This document shows positions 25,557 to 37,334 of a DNA stretch of 37,334 nt, one piece after another; positions within the stretch are counted from its first letter, which is position 1, and each line of letters begins with the position of its first letter. Source of the DNA: Conidiobolus incongruus B7586 (taxonomy: Eukaryota). Made by a program: the position numbers and the translations under genes. Location of the stretch: positions 1 to 37,334 of the forward strand of contig JNEM01010363.1 of the NCBI GenBank assembly GCA_000697335.1. The letters run 5' to 3'. The notes beneath the pieces are model-generated. The model worked only from the letters and a program-made list of their open reading frames with translations. It was not told where the DNA came from and did no database searches.

Positions 25557-26624
25557 ATGGTCGAGTTCGGTAAATACGACCAGCTATGTAAAGCAGGTCC
25601 ATTAACTGTCTGTCCCCTTCTTAGCAGCAGAGGCTTTCTTGGAATTGATCCTGTATGTTATGCAAGAGCTTTCGGTATCGGTGATCGAGTAGTATTTGAA
25701 GCTGCCACTTTAGCTGTTTATATTATTGCTTTATTAATGACTATCTTCATGATTTTATCTATCAAATCCAAATATACCGCTGTTGGTAGAAAAGAAGTAT
25801 TATTATTCTTTTATCTTTATGCTTTAATAACCATCATTTCTTTTTTCCTTCAATCTGGAATTATTCCCACATATCATGTATTATATAAAGTAAGATTACA
25901 TTCAAAAATCACTTATTTTTGGAGAATAATTACTTATTGATTGCTTAGTGGTTTACAGCTGCTCACATTGGCTTAATTACAGCTGCTTGTTGGTGTTTAT
26001 TTTTAAACGGCTTTGTTGGCTATCAATTCATTGAAGATGGTACTGCATTTTCTCTTTGGGTAAGCATTATTCAATTTAATTAATACCAATAGCTATTCTA
26101 ATGATATCCATTATAGTCTATCAGATTATCCAGTTTAGCAGTATTCTTAGCCAGTGGTGTTATTGCTTTAGCTACCTTCAATAGCTGGGGATTTTTCTCA
26201 CCAACCAATACTATGGGTTTATTCGTCGTTCATTTAGTTATTAATGGTGTTTTGTTACTTATTTACTTTATTACTCAATGTATTTTGGTATTCAGAAATT
26301 TGGACGACCTTTGGCCTTTGGGTAAGTCTCTTTTAGTTCATATATTTGACATAATTATTAATATTAAATTTAGGTAATATGATCTTGTCTTTATTATTCT
26401 TTGCTGCTGGCGAAGTTATTTTACTCCAATTCTCTTCAATGATTTGTGATTTAATGAAGCATTACTTTGACGGATTATTCTTCGAAAGTATTTTGACTTT
26501 ATTAGCTGTTATGATGATTTACAAGTTCTGGGATTCCATAACTAAGGAAGATTTAGAATTCTCTATCGGTGGCAAGCTTAACGTTTGGGAAGTTAAAGAA
26601 GTTGAAGATGGCTATTATCACTAA
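25557..26624 (+). CDS. CHS7: Chitin synthase export chaperone
   Basis: True start ATG at 25557 ([20 protein letters not shown]). Motifs [42 protein letters not shown] and [18 protein letters not shown]; three short introns. Confidence 0.95.
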
Positions 26625-27514
26625 AACTTTTATATTCTTTATATCCTTTATAATATTTCGTATATATATAAATACACTTTTTACCATTCAATTCTCAATC
26701 CATTATTTTTTAAATTGATAATATATTCATTTTCCAATTATACATATAATAGTTGAGTGTTTGAAAAATAATTCATGGTACACTCACATAATTCTTCTAT
26801 AAATCATCTAAAATGAATTTAAATAATATAATTCAGACTGATCAATTATTCAGTCTGTATATTTTTAGTTAATAATATTGAGCTAATTAAAGAGCTAATT
26901 GCTTGATAAGTATTTGGTAAATATTCTAGAGTTGAGACTTATATCTAAACCAAATTATAAGTCTCTATAATCGATTAATGTACAAATTCTTATTCAGTTT
27001 TTCCCAATAAATTAGCATTACCTAAGTTTATTAGGTTCAATTTTTTACTAAACAATTGCAATAATTTAAATTGATAATAATAAGAATGTGGTAGTTAAAT
27101 ATGCCAAAAATTATATTGCTTGTATAGTTTAATTGTATTATCCTTGTAATCAAGATGATAAAATATCAACAGAATAGATTTCCATAATTAGCTAAAATAA
27201 TAATTTAATAATAGATATATTGATATATTAAATAAGTTTGAATAAATACTCTAACTGATCTCTTCTGAAATCATATATCATTAATAAAAAATATTTATCT
27301 GATTTTACATATTTATCAAACAATTTGTTGATTCGCTAAAATTCAACTCTGTAAATATTCATCAAGATTGATATATTAATTCAAATTTGATTTTCCAATT
27401 CTATTAATCAATATTATTGGTATTCATCATTATAGTGGATAGCTTATTATTACAATATTAATAAACCTTATTTTTTTTGTTATAATAGGAGTTTGTATAT
27501 TTGATTTATAATTG

Positions 27515-27516
<2 letters not shown>

Positions 27517-27555
<39 letters not shown>
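27517..27555. repeat. (TA)n microsatellite
   Basis: About 19 uninterrupted TA units. Confidence 0.95.
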
Positions 27556-27558
<3 letters not shown>

Positions 27559-29760
27559 TTTAGAACCATAAATAATAATGAAAGTTGAGGTTGTAAGTGT
27601 GATATCTTGTTTACAGTAATTGGACTTTGACTATAAAAAATCTGATTAATGACTGTAAAAGGTTCTAATGTTTAAATATTGTTATTTTATTTTATTCATA
27701 TGTAATATTTAAATGATATATTAAAACTTCAAAAATAACTGTACCTAAATATAACATTGACTATATAATTTTATGTTTATAATTGAACAAAAATAGTGAA
27801 CTTTAATATAATATAATAATAGGCATGTTAACTAATCGATTTATCCAAATTTTATAGTTGTGTATTTTTGGAATATCTGAATCATTCATTGATTATCTGT
27901 AAAAACTTGGATTAATATTAAAATATTTTCGGAACATTATGAAAATATTACCATTTAAAACATTTTATTGTTTAATTATACTCCAATTGTTTTTGATTTT
28001 AGTTTGATTTTTTAAATTCTGTCATTCTCAAACGTAGAATTATTTCAGTATTATTCCTGGCTTGAAAATGAAAATACTTAGTTAAGTGAAGATCAATGAT
28101 GTTTAATTATTAAAATACTTATATAAATATCTTTGCATTTCAACTGTATAATTACATTTGTATAGAGTGTTTAATAGAACTAATAATAAAACACCAATAA
28201 TATTTAACATAGTATTCAAATGATTACATTTGCGCCCAGAAAATATTACATACTATTCATATGTGTTTTTTTTCACAACATTTTGAAATGCTAAATTGAT
28301 ATAACCTCATATTTGATTTTATTAAGCTAAAATGCTTAAAAAACATTATATAGAATATAAATTATAACCTGTTATACATTAAAATCAATGAATTTTTCTA
28401 TAATCTTTTGAAATCATTCTACTAATTAAAAATATGAATTATTTTTTTAATTGATGAATCTAAAATTATAGTTTTAAAAATTGCAAATTTCTAACTTACA
28501 TATCAAAGATTTTAACTTTTACCTAATTCCACTGTATTAAATAAAAAAATGATCAGTCAGCACATCCCTATGTCAATATTTTTAATTTGTAATAAATGAT
28601 TAAATATATACGTGATAAACGTTTTATATTCCTCAATCTTCTAGAAGCTAAGATCCTCTGAATAACTCGTTAATTAGTTGGCAGCAATACGATTTCCCTA
28701 ATACAAAAAATATAATAAAATCTAGAATGCTTGGCTTTGTAAAATATAAGGTATTACCATTTTTAGAGATCTGAAATATAAGTTTTATTATTCCGAAATC
28801 ATCTAAATTTAGATATATAGCGAAAATCGATCAATGATTTTTTTCTAATGTATAAATTCAATATTATCAAAAATTTAAACTTATAATTAATATAATTAAA
28901 ATTTGTACAGTAAGCGATATGACGAGTGGTATTTCAAGGCAATGTTCTCCAATTCTAGTTTCCTATATTGTTTTCTAGACTTATAAAATATGGATAAAAA
29001 TAAGAAATAATTGGGACATAATTAAAAAAATTAGAAATTAGTATAAAAAGTTTAAATGATTTTAGTTGTTTTATATTACTATTCCTCTAGATTATTCTAG
29101 TCAAGAGGTTCACCTGAATACATGTCTATAGTTTTTTGAAATGTTCAACCTTATTCTAATAATTTAATCATCTGGCTAACATAATTCATCCATTATCTTT
29201 ACCAATCTGAAAAATTAATTTTAGATTGCCAATCAGATAAAACAAATTACGGACCAAAAAATAATCTCAATATTTAGTATTTTAATAATTCAGAGTTACG
29301 GACAAAGTTAACCAAAATAAATTTGTAATAATGGATAATAACAGTAGATTCTTGAAATAATTGCACCCATCAGTTTAAAATTGATTAGTGTTTGATATTA
29401 ATTTTCTTTGATTTATGGCTTATTCTTTAATATACACGTTATTTATTAAAACTTTTCTGTCGATTTTGTTTAATTTCAAATATATATGATTTATTTCAAT
29501 TGGATAACTAATCTGTTTCTATTGTTTTTTTTATATATATTAAAATACGGGTATTTAAAAATCTAACTAATAAGGATATTAGGATTTGGATTCCCATTAT
29601 TAGTTAATTATCCATAACAATTGCATAAAAAAGAAACCAGTTTTTCAAAAATTATATAAAAAGGTCATCAATCATCATTGTTAACCAAGAAACCGGCAAA
29701 TAAATTTTTTATTCACCTTATTTCTAACAAAGTATATATTCCAATACATCATCAATTTCA

Positions 29761-30942
29761 ATGACCAATTTAACTCCGTTCAGACTTGAAAGATTCTTTG
29801 CCAAATATGAATTCAAGACAAAGTATCTTATGTGTACCTCTGATCCCGAATCAATGACTATCAAAGAGCTCTTTGATTTGACTGGCAATAGCGAAGCTCT
29901 TTGGGAGGAGTTTAGCAACCTTCCACTTTGTTACACTGAATCGAGTGGCCATCCCGAGCTGAAACAACTCATTGCTAAGCTTTATCATCCTGGCAAAATC
30001 TCTGATCAAAATGTTTTGGTCCATACTGGTGCAGAAGAGGTGATCCTCACCGCATTTACAGCTCTTGTGAATCCACAAGATCACATCATTTGTGTCACTC
30101 CCTGCTATCAATCCTCGGTAGAAGTTCCCAAGACTCGCGGTTGTGAGATTGACGAATGGTCCGTAGAACTTAAAGATGGTAAATATATTCTGGATTTCCA
30201 CAAGTTAGAGGCCTTGATCCGTCCCAATACAAAATTAGTCGCTATCAACACACCTCACAATCCTACTGGCCTTCACTTCACTAAGGAGGATCAAGATCGC
30301 TTGGTTAAGATTTTGGAGCCCAAAGGAATAATATTAATAGCTGATGAGGTGAATCGACTTTCCGAACATGATCTAAGTTATAGAATTCCCAGTTTTGCAG
30401 ATGTATATTCTAATACTGTCTCAATCGGTGTTATGTCTAAATCATTGGCATTGCCAGGTATTCGTATTGGCTGGGCTGCTTCTCAAAGAACTGATATCCT
30501 TGATCAAATGGCTACCATTAAGGACTATACCACTATCTGTAATCCTGCACCCTCTGAATTCCTTGCTATTGTAGGTTTACGCTATGTTGATAAATTACTA
30601 AACAGGTTATTACCCATCTACCATCACAATCTTGGTCTCTTGGATGAATTTTTTGCTCAACATCAAGATAAATTCGAATGGATTAGACCTAATGCAGGAA
30701 TTGTGGCCTTTGTTAGGCTCAAGCCCGAATTTTGGAATAGCTTACTTCCTGGAGATGGTCCATTGGCTGAACGATTCTCAAAGGATGTGTTAGATAAAGT
30801 TCAAGTCCTTGTTGCTCCTGGATCACAATTTGATGCTTTGGATAATGGTGAATGGAGCGATTATTTCAGATTGGGCTATGGCCGTAAGAATTTACCTGAG
30901 GTGCTGAATGAATTTAAACGCTATATATCTTTGATTCAATAA
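29761..30942 (+). CDS. PLP-dependent aminotransferase class I/II (capreomycidine-synthase/aspartate aminotransferase-like subgroup), intronless
   Basis: 393-aa single ORF. Motifs PFRLERFFAKYEF, YTESSGHPEL, TGAEE, INTPHNPTG, ADEV, GVMSKSLALPGIRIGW (PLP lysine) and FRLGYGR. Confidence 0.9.
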   Translation: MTNLTPFRLERFFAKYEFKTKYLMCTSDPESMTIKELFDLTGNSEALWEEFSNLPLCYTESSGHPELKQLIAKLYHPGKISDQNVLVHTGAEEVILTAFTALVNPQDHIICVTPCYQSSVEVPKTRGCEIDEWSVELKDGKYILDFHKLEALIRPNTKLVAINTPHNPTGLHFTKEDQDRLVKILEPKGIILIADEVNRLSEHDLSYRIPSFADVYSNTVSIGVMSKSLALPGIRIGWAASQRTDILDQMATIKDYTTICNPAPSEFLAIVGLRYVDKLLNRLLPIYHHNLGLLDEFFAQHQDKFEWIRPNAGIVAFVRLKPEFWNSLLPGDGPLAERFSKDVLDKVQVLVAPGSQFDALDNGEWSDYFRLGYGRKNLPEVLNEFKRYISLIQ

Positions 30943-31661
30943 ATTTAATATCTTATAACATGATTTATATTATTGATAAATTTTTGTTTAAAATTATTTT
31001 AATAAATCGTATTAACTCTATTCATAAGGTTAATTTTAATCCCAGTTATAAATAAACCTCCATTAAAATTTTGACATTTCATTTTAATTAATTAATGAGT
31101 ATATATATATATATTATTAAATCCATGTAGTCAACTTTACATTTATCACCATTGTAATTGATCAGATGTATTATTTGTACAAAAAATGCATATAGTTTAA
31201 TATCATAATTGTCAAGTGTATCACTTGGATTGAATGGTCATTTGAAGAATTTAAAATATTTATATATTGATATTTAATTATAACAATGATATTTGAATAA
31301 TTATATTAATACCAAAAAATATATTATTAAAATATTTTGAATTTTTAAATATCAAAATATTTTTCAATTTGAATAAAATAAAATATCACCAAAAAAAATT
31401 CACATTCAATATTAACTTCAAATAATGTAAAATTGGAATTGGTGAATTTTTATAAATGATATAGTAACAAGTCCCACAACTGAATAAATCAAAAATTCAA
31501 TTCATTATCATTCTTCTTCATCATCCTTTAATTGAATTATAAAACAACATAGAATCTTTATTCTACGTCACTTTATTTGATTTAATTTAAATTAAACTAT
31601 TATTAATTAAATATAATATTATTAGTCAAAGTATTAGTGATTTTAATAAACACTTATTAAA

Positions 31662-34493
31662 ATGGGTTATTCCAGTTTAAAAGGTATAAATTTCTTGTTA
31701 ATATTCAATCAATTTATACCAATCTAAATATCTATTTTAGATTTGATTAAAGCTGTAAGAAATTGTAAAACTCTTGCTGAAGAAAGAAATGTTATTCAAA
31801 AAGAATCCGCTAATTTACGTTCTGAATTCAGGAATGAAAATATTGAAACTCGTGCAACCAACGTTAGCAAACTTTTATATATTCATATGTTAGGTTTCCC
31901 ATCCCATTTTGGTCAAATAGAATGTTTAAAATTGGTTGCTTCTCCAAGATTTACCGATAAACGAATGGGTTATTTGGGTATAAGTATGTTGATTGATGAA
32001 AATCAAGAAACTATTACTCTCGTTACCAATAGTTTGAAAAAGTAATTTTACCTCTAATTATCATAATTTATGATCTAATTCAATATTCTTTAATTTAGTG
32101 ATCTTAACCATACAAACATGTATATTACTGGATTAGCTTTAAGTACAATTGGTAGTATTGCATCTGTTGAAGTTTCTAGGGATTTAACTGATGAGGTTGA
32201 AAAACTGATGGAAAATTCTAATTCATATATTAGAAAAAAGGTAAAACAAGTTTGTCCAAGTTTGTAGAATTTCATTCTAATTTAATTTGAATTAGGCAGC
32301 ATTGTGTGCGATCAGAATCATAAACCGTGTTCCTGATCTTTATGAACAATATATCAACAAGGCTATCGCTTTATTGAGTGATAAGAGTCATGGTGTCATG
32401 CTCACTAGTGTGACTTTAATTGAAGAAATTTGTAGACTTCACCCCCATACTATCGATGAATTTAAGCAAGCAGTTCCTATCCTTGTCAGAAGACTCAAGA
32501 CTTTAGCCACAACCTCTAGTTTCCTTCCTGAATTAGATGTTAGTGGTGTTACTGATCCCTTCTTACAAGTCAAGATTTTGAAACTTTTACGTACCTTGGG
32601 TATTGATGACCTTGAAACCAGTGAATCCATGAATGATGTCTTGGCTCAAGTTGCAACCAACACCGATTCTACCAAAAATGCTGGAAACGCTATTTTATAC
32701 GAAACTGTTTTAACTGTGATGGATATTGAATCTGATTCCGATTTGAGATTAATGGCTATTAACATTTTAGGAAAATTTTTAGGTAACAAAGACAACAATA
32801 CACGTTATGTTGCTCTTACAACATTACACCGTGCTGTTAGTATTGATTTGGCTGCTGTTCAAAGACATCGTGATACCATTCTTGAATGCCTCCATGACGC
32901 TGATGTTTCCATTTGTCGTCGTGCTTTAGATCTTACTTATGCCTTAATCGATTCAGAAAATGTCAGAATATTAATGAGAGAACTACTCGCCTTTTTGGAA
33001 GTCACTCAAGATCCCGAAGTTAAGGCTGATATGGCTGTTCAACTTTGTATTGCTGCAGAAAAGTTTGCTCCCAATCGTAGATGGCACATCGATACCGTTG
33101 TCAGGATTATGAAACTTGCTGGTAATCATGTCCATGAAGATATTGTATCCTCATTGACTCGTTTAATCGCACACTCCAATGAGTTACATTATTACAGCGT
33201 TTCAAAGCTTTATCAAGCCTTGAAATCCGACTTAACTCAAGAATCATTAATTTTGGTTGGGGTTTGGATTTTGGGAGAATTATCTAATGTTTTAACTGAA
33301 TCTAATGTCATTTCTGAAGAGGGAGAAAATCAACAAAAAGTTACATGTAGCGACATCTTAGATTTAATGGAACAAATTTATTCCGTTAGACAAAGATTCA
33401 CTAATTCTTCAGTTCAACAATATTTGGCAACATCTTTAGCAAAATTATCTGTTCGTTTCTCTAATCAGCCTGATTCAGAAAGTCTTAAGCAGAGAATTAC
33501 TCAATTACTCCACAAGCTCACACAATCTAATGATGTTGAGGTACAACAAAGAGCTCTTGAGTACATTGAACTCCTTAAAATCAACCCTATGTATCTTGCC
33601 ATTTTGGAGCCCATGCCCTCTCCTAAGATTTCTGAAAATTCTAAACTCGCTTCTAGGGGTCATAAACCTCACCGCGCTTCAAGAAGTATTAATGGTGGTA
33701 GCGGTCGTAGTAAGAAATCATCCCAACAAAATCTCTTGCTTGACTTGATGATGGGTGAGGAACCATCTGATGCTACCAATGGTACAAATGCATCTACTCA
33801 AGCTTCAGGTGGATCTTCACTTGATCCTTTGGATGGTCTTTTCGGAGCCGGGCCTGGTGCACCAACTTCATCCTCTAAACCTCAAACTGACAGTATCATG
33901 GACCTTCTTGGTGATTTAGATCTTGGTCAACAGCCTTCCAGCACATCACCACCTTCTCAAACTTCTCACAATGTATCTTCTTCTAATAATGATTTATTCT
34001 CCTCATTCAACGCACTTGACTCTACGCCTACTCCCCAATCGTACACTGTCTTTGAGAATGACGGACTGAAGATTACTATGACTCCTACCAAGGATGCATC
34101 CAATCCTAATGTTACAAACTTTGAAACCCATTTCACTACAACGAATGGTGGTACAATTTCTGATCTTATGCTACAAATTGCTGTTCCCAAAGTAATCATT
34201 TTAAACATTTTTATTGAAATTTCGAAACTAACCATTTTAATTATAGTCCCAAAAGATTCAAATGCTTCCTCCCTCTTCCACCGTTGTTCAACCTGGAGAT
34301 AAAGTAACTCAAATTGTCAAAATATTGAATCCCACACAAGTAAATCTATTTAATATCAATTATTTTTTCAATTTAAATCTAATTTAAATTTTAGTCCACA
34401 ATCAAATTACGTTTAAAGATTAGTTTCCAATCTAACTCAGGTCCCAAAGAGCATTTGATTCAATACTCTGGATTTCCAGAATCTTTACATTAA
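31662..34493 (+). CDS. APL4: AP-1 adaptor complex gamma subunit; multi-exon
   Basis: ATG at 31662 ([23 protein letters not shown]). Motifs [37 protein letters not shown] and [11 protein letters not shown]; hinge with LLLDL/DLLGDL motifs; ear-domain AVPKSQRFKMLPPS. Stop at 34491-34493. Confidence 0.96.
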
Positions 34494-35321
34494 ATCGGAA
34501 TTATTGATTTATTTAATGATTTATATATATTTAAATCAATATTATTTTTAATAAAAATAGTTTCATTTTATTTCTTGTTTTATTGAATTATTTAATTAAT
34601 TTAATTTTATAATAGAATATCCTATTAATATATTAACTAATGATTTTTAATTTTTTATTTAATTTTACCTTATATTCTTATTTATTTTAAGACACAATTA
34701 AGCATTATATTTAATCTCTTGATTGAAATATCATATATCATATATTTTAAATTTATTGTGTTAAATACTCTGAAAAAATTTGTGAATTGCTGAAGTGTAT
34801 ATATTATTAATCAACCTAGAATCAAAATGTATATTTATCTGTAATACACACATTTATATTATTTTATATATTTTTACATCAACTTCAAACTAGATTTTAT
34901 TGTATTGTAAAAATATTGTAAAGGCTAAAATATAAGTAATAATAAGGTTAATTCTTTATTAAAAAGTAATTATAGGGAATAAATAGCAAATTTCAAAGAA
35001 TAAATAAGATTATATATCAGAGCTCTTTAGACAGTTTAGGTACAATGGATAATTAAATAATTGAGATTAATGAAAAAGAAAATATTTCAATTCATATTAT
35101 TTTAGTATATTAAATTTTAGAATATATATATATATATATATATACCAAAAATACAACTTTAAATCTAGATAAAGCAAAAATGCAATGTAAAAGAGAATGA
35201 AATAATAAAATAAATAATTGTGGAATAGAAGCTGATTTGCAAATGAATTTAACTAGAAAAGTTAAAATAAATATGTAAATATATCAACTTATATTTTGGT
35301 ATCAAAATGTGGATATATAAT

Positions 35322-35395
35322 GCTCCCATACCTCAGCTGGTTAGAGGCTGGTGCTAATAACACCAGGGACGCAGCTTCGATCTTTGTTGAGAGCA
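35322..35395 (+). tRNA. tRNA-Ile(AAT), probably degenerate or a pseudogene
   Basis: GCTCCCA-TA-CCTC-AGCTGGTTA-GAGG-C-TGGTG-CT-AAT-AA-CACCA-GGGAC-GCAGC-TTCGATC-TTTGT-TGAGAGC-A. D and anticodon stems are intact; there is one C-A mismatch in the acceptor stem and the T stem lacks the G53-C61 pair. Confidence 0.85.
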
Positions 35396-37026
35396 TTTCT
35401 TGAATATACCATTTATATATTATTTTCATTATTCATTTTAATATTATTTGTAATGTTTTTGAGTAGTAATGGGTATAAGTGTTTTAATATTGGTTTGTAT
35501 TTTTGATACAGTTTATAACCAAACAAAATATATATTAACTACATGTTATAAACATAAGTCGTAATTTTATAAAATTTCTTCAATTAGCCTCACTTTAAAA
35601 ATACATATTTGTAGTTTATATTAATAATATAATGCTGACTATAAAATGAAAATTATTGTTTGTTTTTATATAATCTTTTTGCGATTATTCAAATCTCTAA
35701 AGCAAACTCTAATACAATATTAAAATAAATATAATTATCTAGTATTAATATCCTTAAAAGTTTGAAATAATTATGTGGTGAATATGTAATACCTAATTAA
35801 AAGTAGCAACAGAAATTATAATCAAACGTGATTCATTTATATAATTTAGTCAATTATCAAATGAAAAAATTCGATTCAAACTAAATTCAGAAAATATTAA
35901 ATTTATTTTAAAGTCACACATATTTACATAAATACTAATGAACCATACTAACTCAAAATTACTTAAATCAATTGCATCAATCAAGATAAATATTATATAT
36001 TAAAACTATGTTACTAGTGTTTAGCTTTAATCATGTATTAATTAATTAGATAGAATATATGAATTTTTACTTAGCACTAATGTCTACATTAAAGCAGTGC
36101 AAAATAAATAGATTGTTGTTTACATATTTAAGTTAGTAACACTCATCTCTATAGTCACTTCATTTTAACAGAGCTATCATTAACTTGATGGATTGATAAT
36201 ATGTTTAATGAAAATTTAAAATATTGTTGATATCATATTCAAAACAATACATTAACTACATGGTATATTTGGAAATTGATAGATGAATTCCTATAGCCTA
36301 ACTTGTATTGTGCCATAGTTCTTAAAATAAATTTATAGTAAAGATCCTCCTATTTACTAGCTCCGATTGATGATTTAGACACTTACATTGATAACAAAAT
36401 CAAATAAAAGATTTGTTTAATTTTATATGTATAATAGCCAAATTTGAAATATTGTTTATATCAATCTCTTATACTTTGATATACAAAAATATATTAGCTT
36501 TTTATTAAATATCTTTAAAAAAATACGAATTGACAAATTATAATATCATTCCACAATATAATTTTGTAAATATTCAGTTTTTCAATAAGATAAATATTAT
36601 TACCATTTTTATAAGAAAATTTTGCCAAATGACATAACTAGAAAATATGAGACTTTCTAATGATTAGCAATATGGTTGATTATATTGTTATAATGATAGT
36701 TGATTAGTTTTTCAAAATTGAATCCTAAAGTATTTCAAACTGTTGTCGCGTGATTTGATGGAAAAACGAAAAGGGAATTATTTGGAATTTTGGATTTTCA
36801 TTAGTATATTGAAAGGCAAAATTATGAAATTCAGTAAATTGACGTAATTTTCAAAATAAAAGAACTTGATTGGAAAGAAATCAGGAATAATTTTCCCATA
36901 GTAACTAGATTTTCAAAATTAATAAGTGAATAAAATCTGAATAATATATTGATTTCAATATATAAAAGGAACTCAAGACAAATCTGATTTTTTATTAAAT
37001 TTAATTAAATTACTATTAATATCAAA

Positions 37027-37334
37027 ATGAGTTTACCGGAGCTTAGATTTGCTTCAAAATTAATTCAAGATCAATTAGTATCAGAAGTTGATGGTGTTAT
37101 TTACATTGTCGAAACTCTCGATCACTTGTACAGTACCTCTTCTCTTTTGAAAGATGCCAGTGGCGTTGAAGCTTTCAAATTTCTTGCTCAAGTGGACGAA
37201 GCATTTGGAAATGAACCCACTTTAGTTCACAATCCTCAAATTCCTGGAAGCAGAGCTATTGTCATTTTGACTGGTTCCCTTAATTCGGATGTTGATGACG
37301 TCAGAAGATTCTTTGAAGCTGCCAATAATGCTAC
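37027..37334 (+). CDS. 5' part of a probable M17 leucyl aminopeptidase (W07G4.4-like subfamily); runs off the window
   Basis: Open frame from ATG 37027 (missing from the ORF track): MSLPELRFASKL...IPGSRAIVILTGSLNSDVDDVRRFFEAANNA. The TG.L..D.DDVRRF..AA motif is characteristic of that subfamily's N-terminal domain. Confidence 0.7.
   Translation, partial: MSLPELRFASKLIQDQLVSEVDGVIYIVETLDHLYSTSSLLKDASGVEAFKFLAQVDEAFGNEPTLVHNPQIPGSRAIVILTGSLNSDVDDVRRFFEAANNA

Noticed and set aside
26833..26856. Inverted repeat CAGACTGA...TCAGTCTG downstream of CHS7
   Set aside because: It is an isolated 8-bp stem with no supporting context and is plausible by chance.
29724..30201. Minus-strand ORFs overlapping the aminotransferase
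   Set aside because: They are antisense shadows with no independent evidence.
32090..34235. Short ORFs overlapping AP-1 gamma
   Set aside because: They are antisense or alternate-frame shadows.

Overview
This is AT-rich eukaryotic genomic DNA with many short (about 45-65 nt) GT-AG introns. It is most likely from an early-diverging fungus (CHS7 is present; a Conidiobolus/Entomophthoromycotina-like genome is an inference). The protein genes are an Mme1-like mitochondrial carrier, GPN1/NPA3 GTPase, CENP-T/Cnp20-like kinetochore protein, a DH-PH RhoGEF embedded in degenerate RapGAP-like segments, AMP deaminase, an EST1/SMG6-like TPR+PIN protein, CHS7, an intronless bacterial-like class I/II aminotransferase, AP-1 gamma adaptin and the start of an M17-like aminopeptidase. 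There is also a LINE 3' remnant, a degenerate tRNA-Ile(AAT) and microsatellites. The main discovery is in the apparently empty interval just downstream of GPN1: a highly structured minus-strand RNA (about 3965-4745) with the hallmarks of a telomerase RNA. It has a CUAACCCUAA template with an adjacent boundary hairpin, two CR4/5-type three-way junctions with canonical P6.1 loops and compensatory changes in P6, and a candidate animal-like H/ACA 3' domain. All structures were derived by eye; no folding or database search was run.
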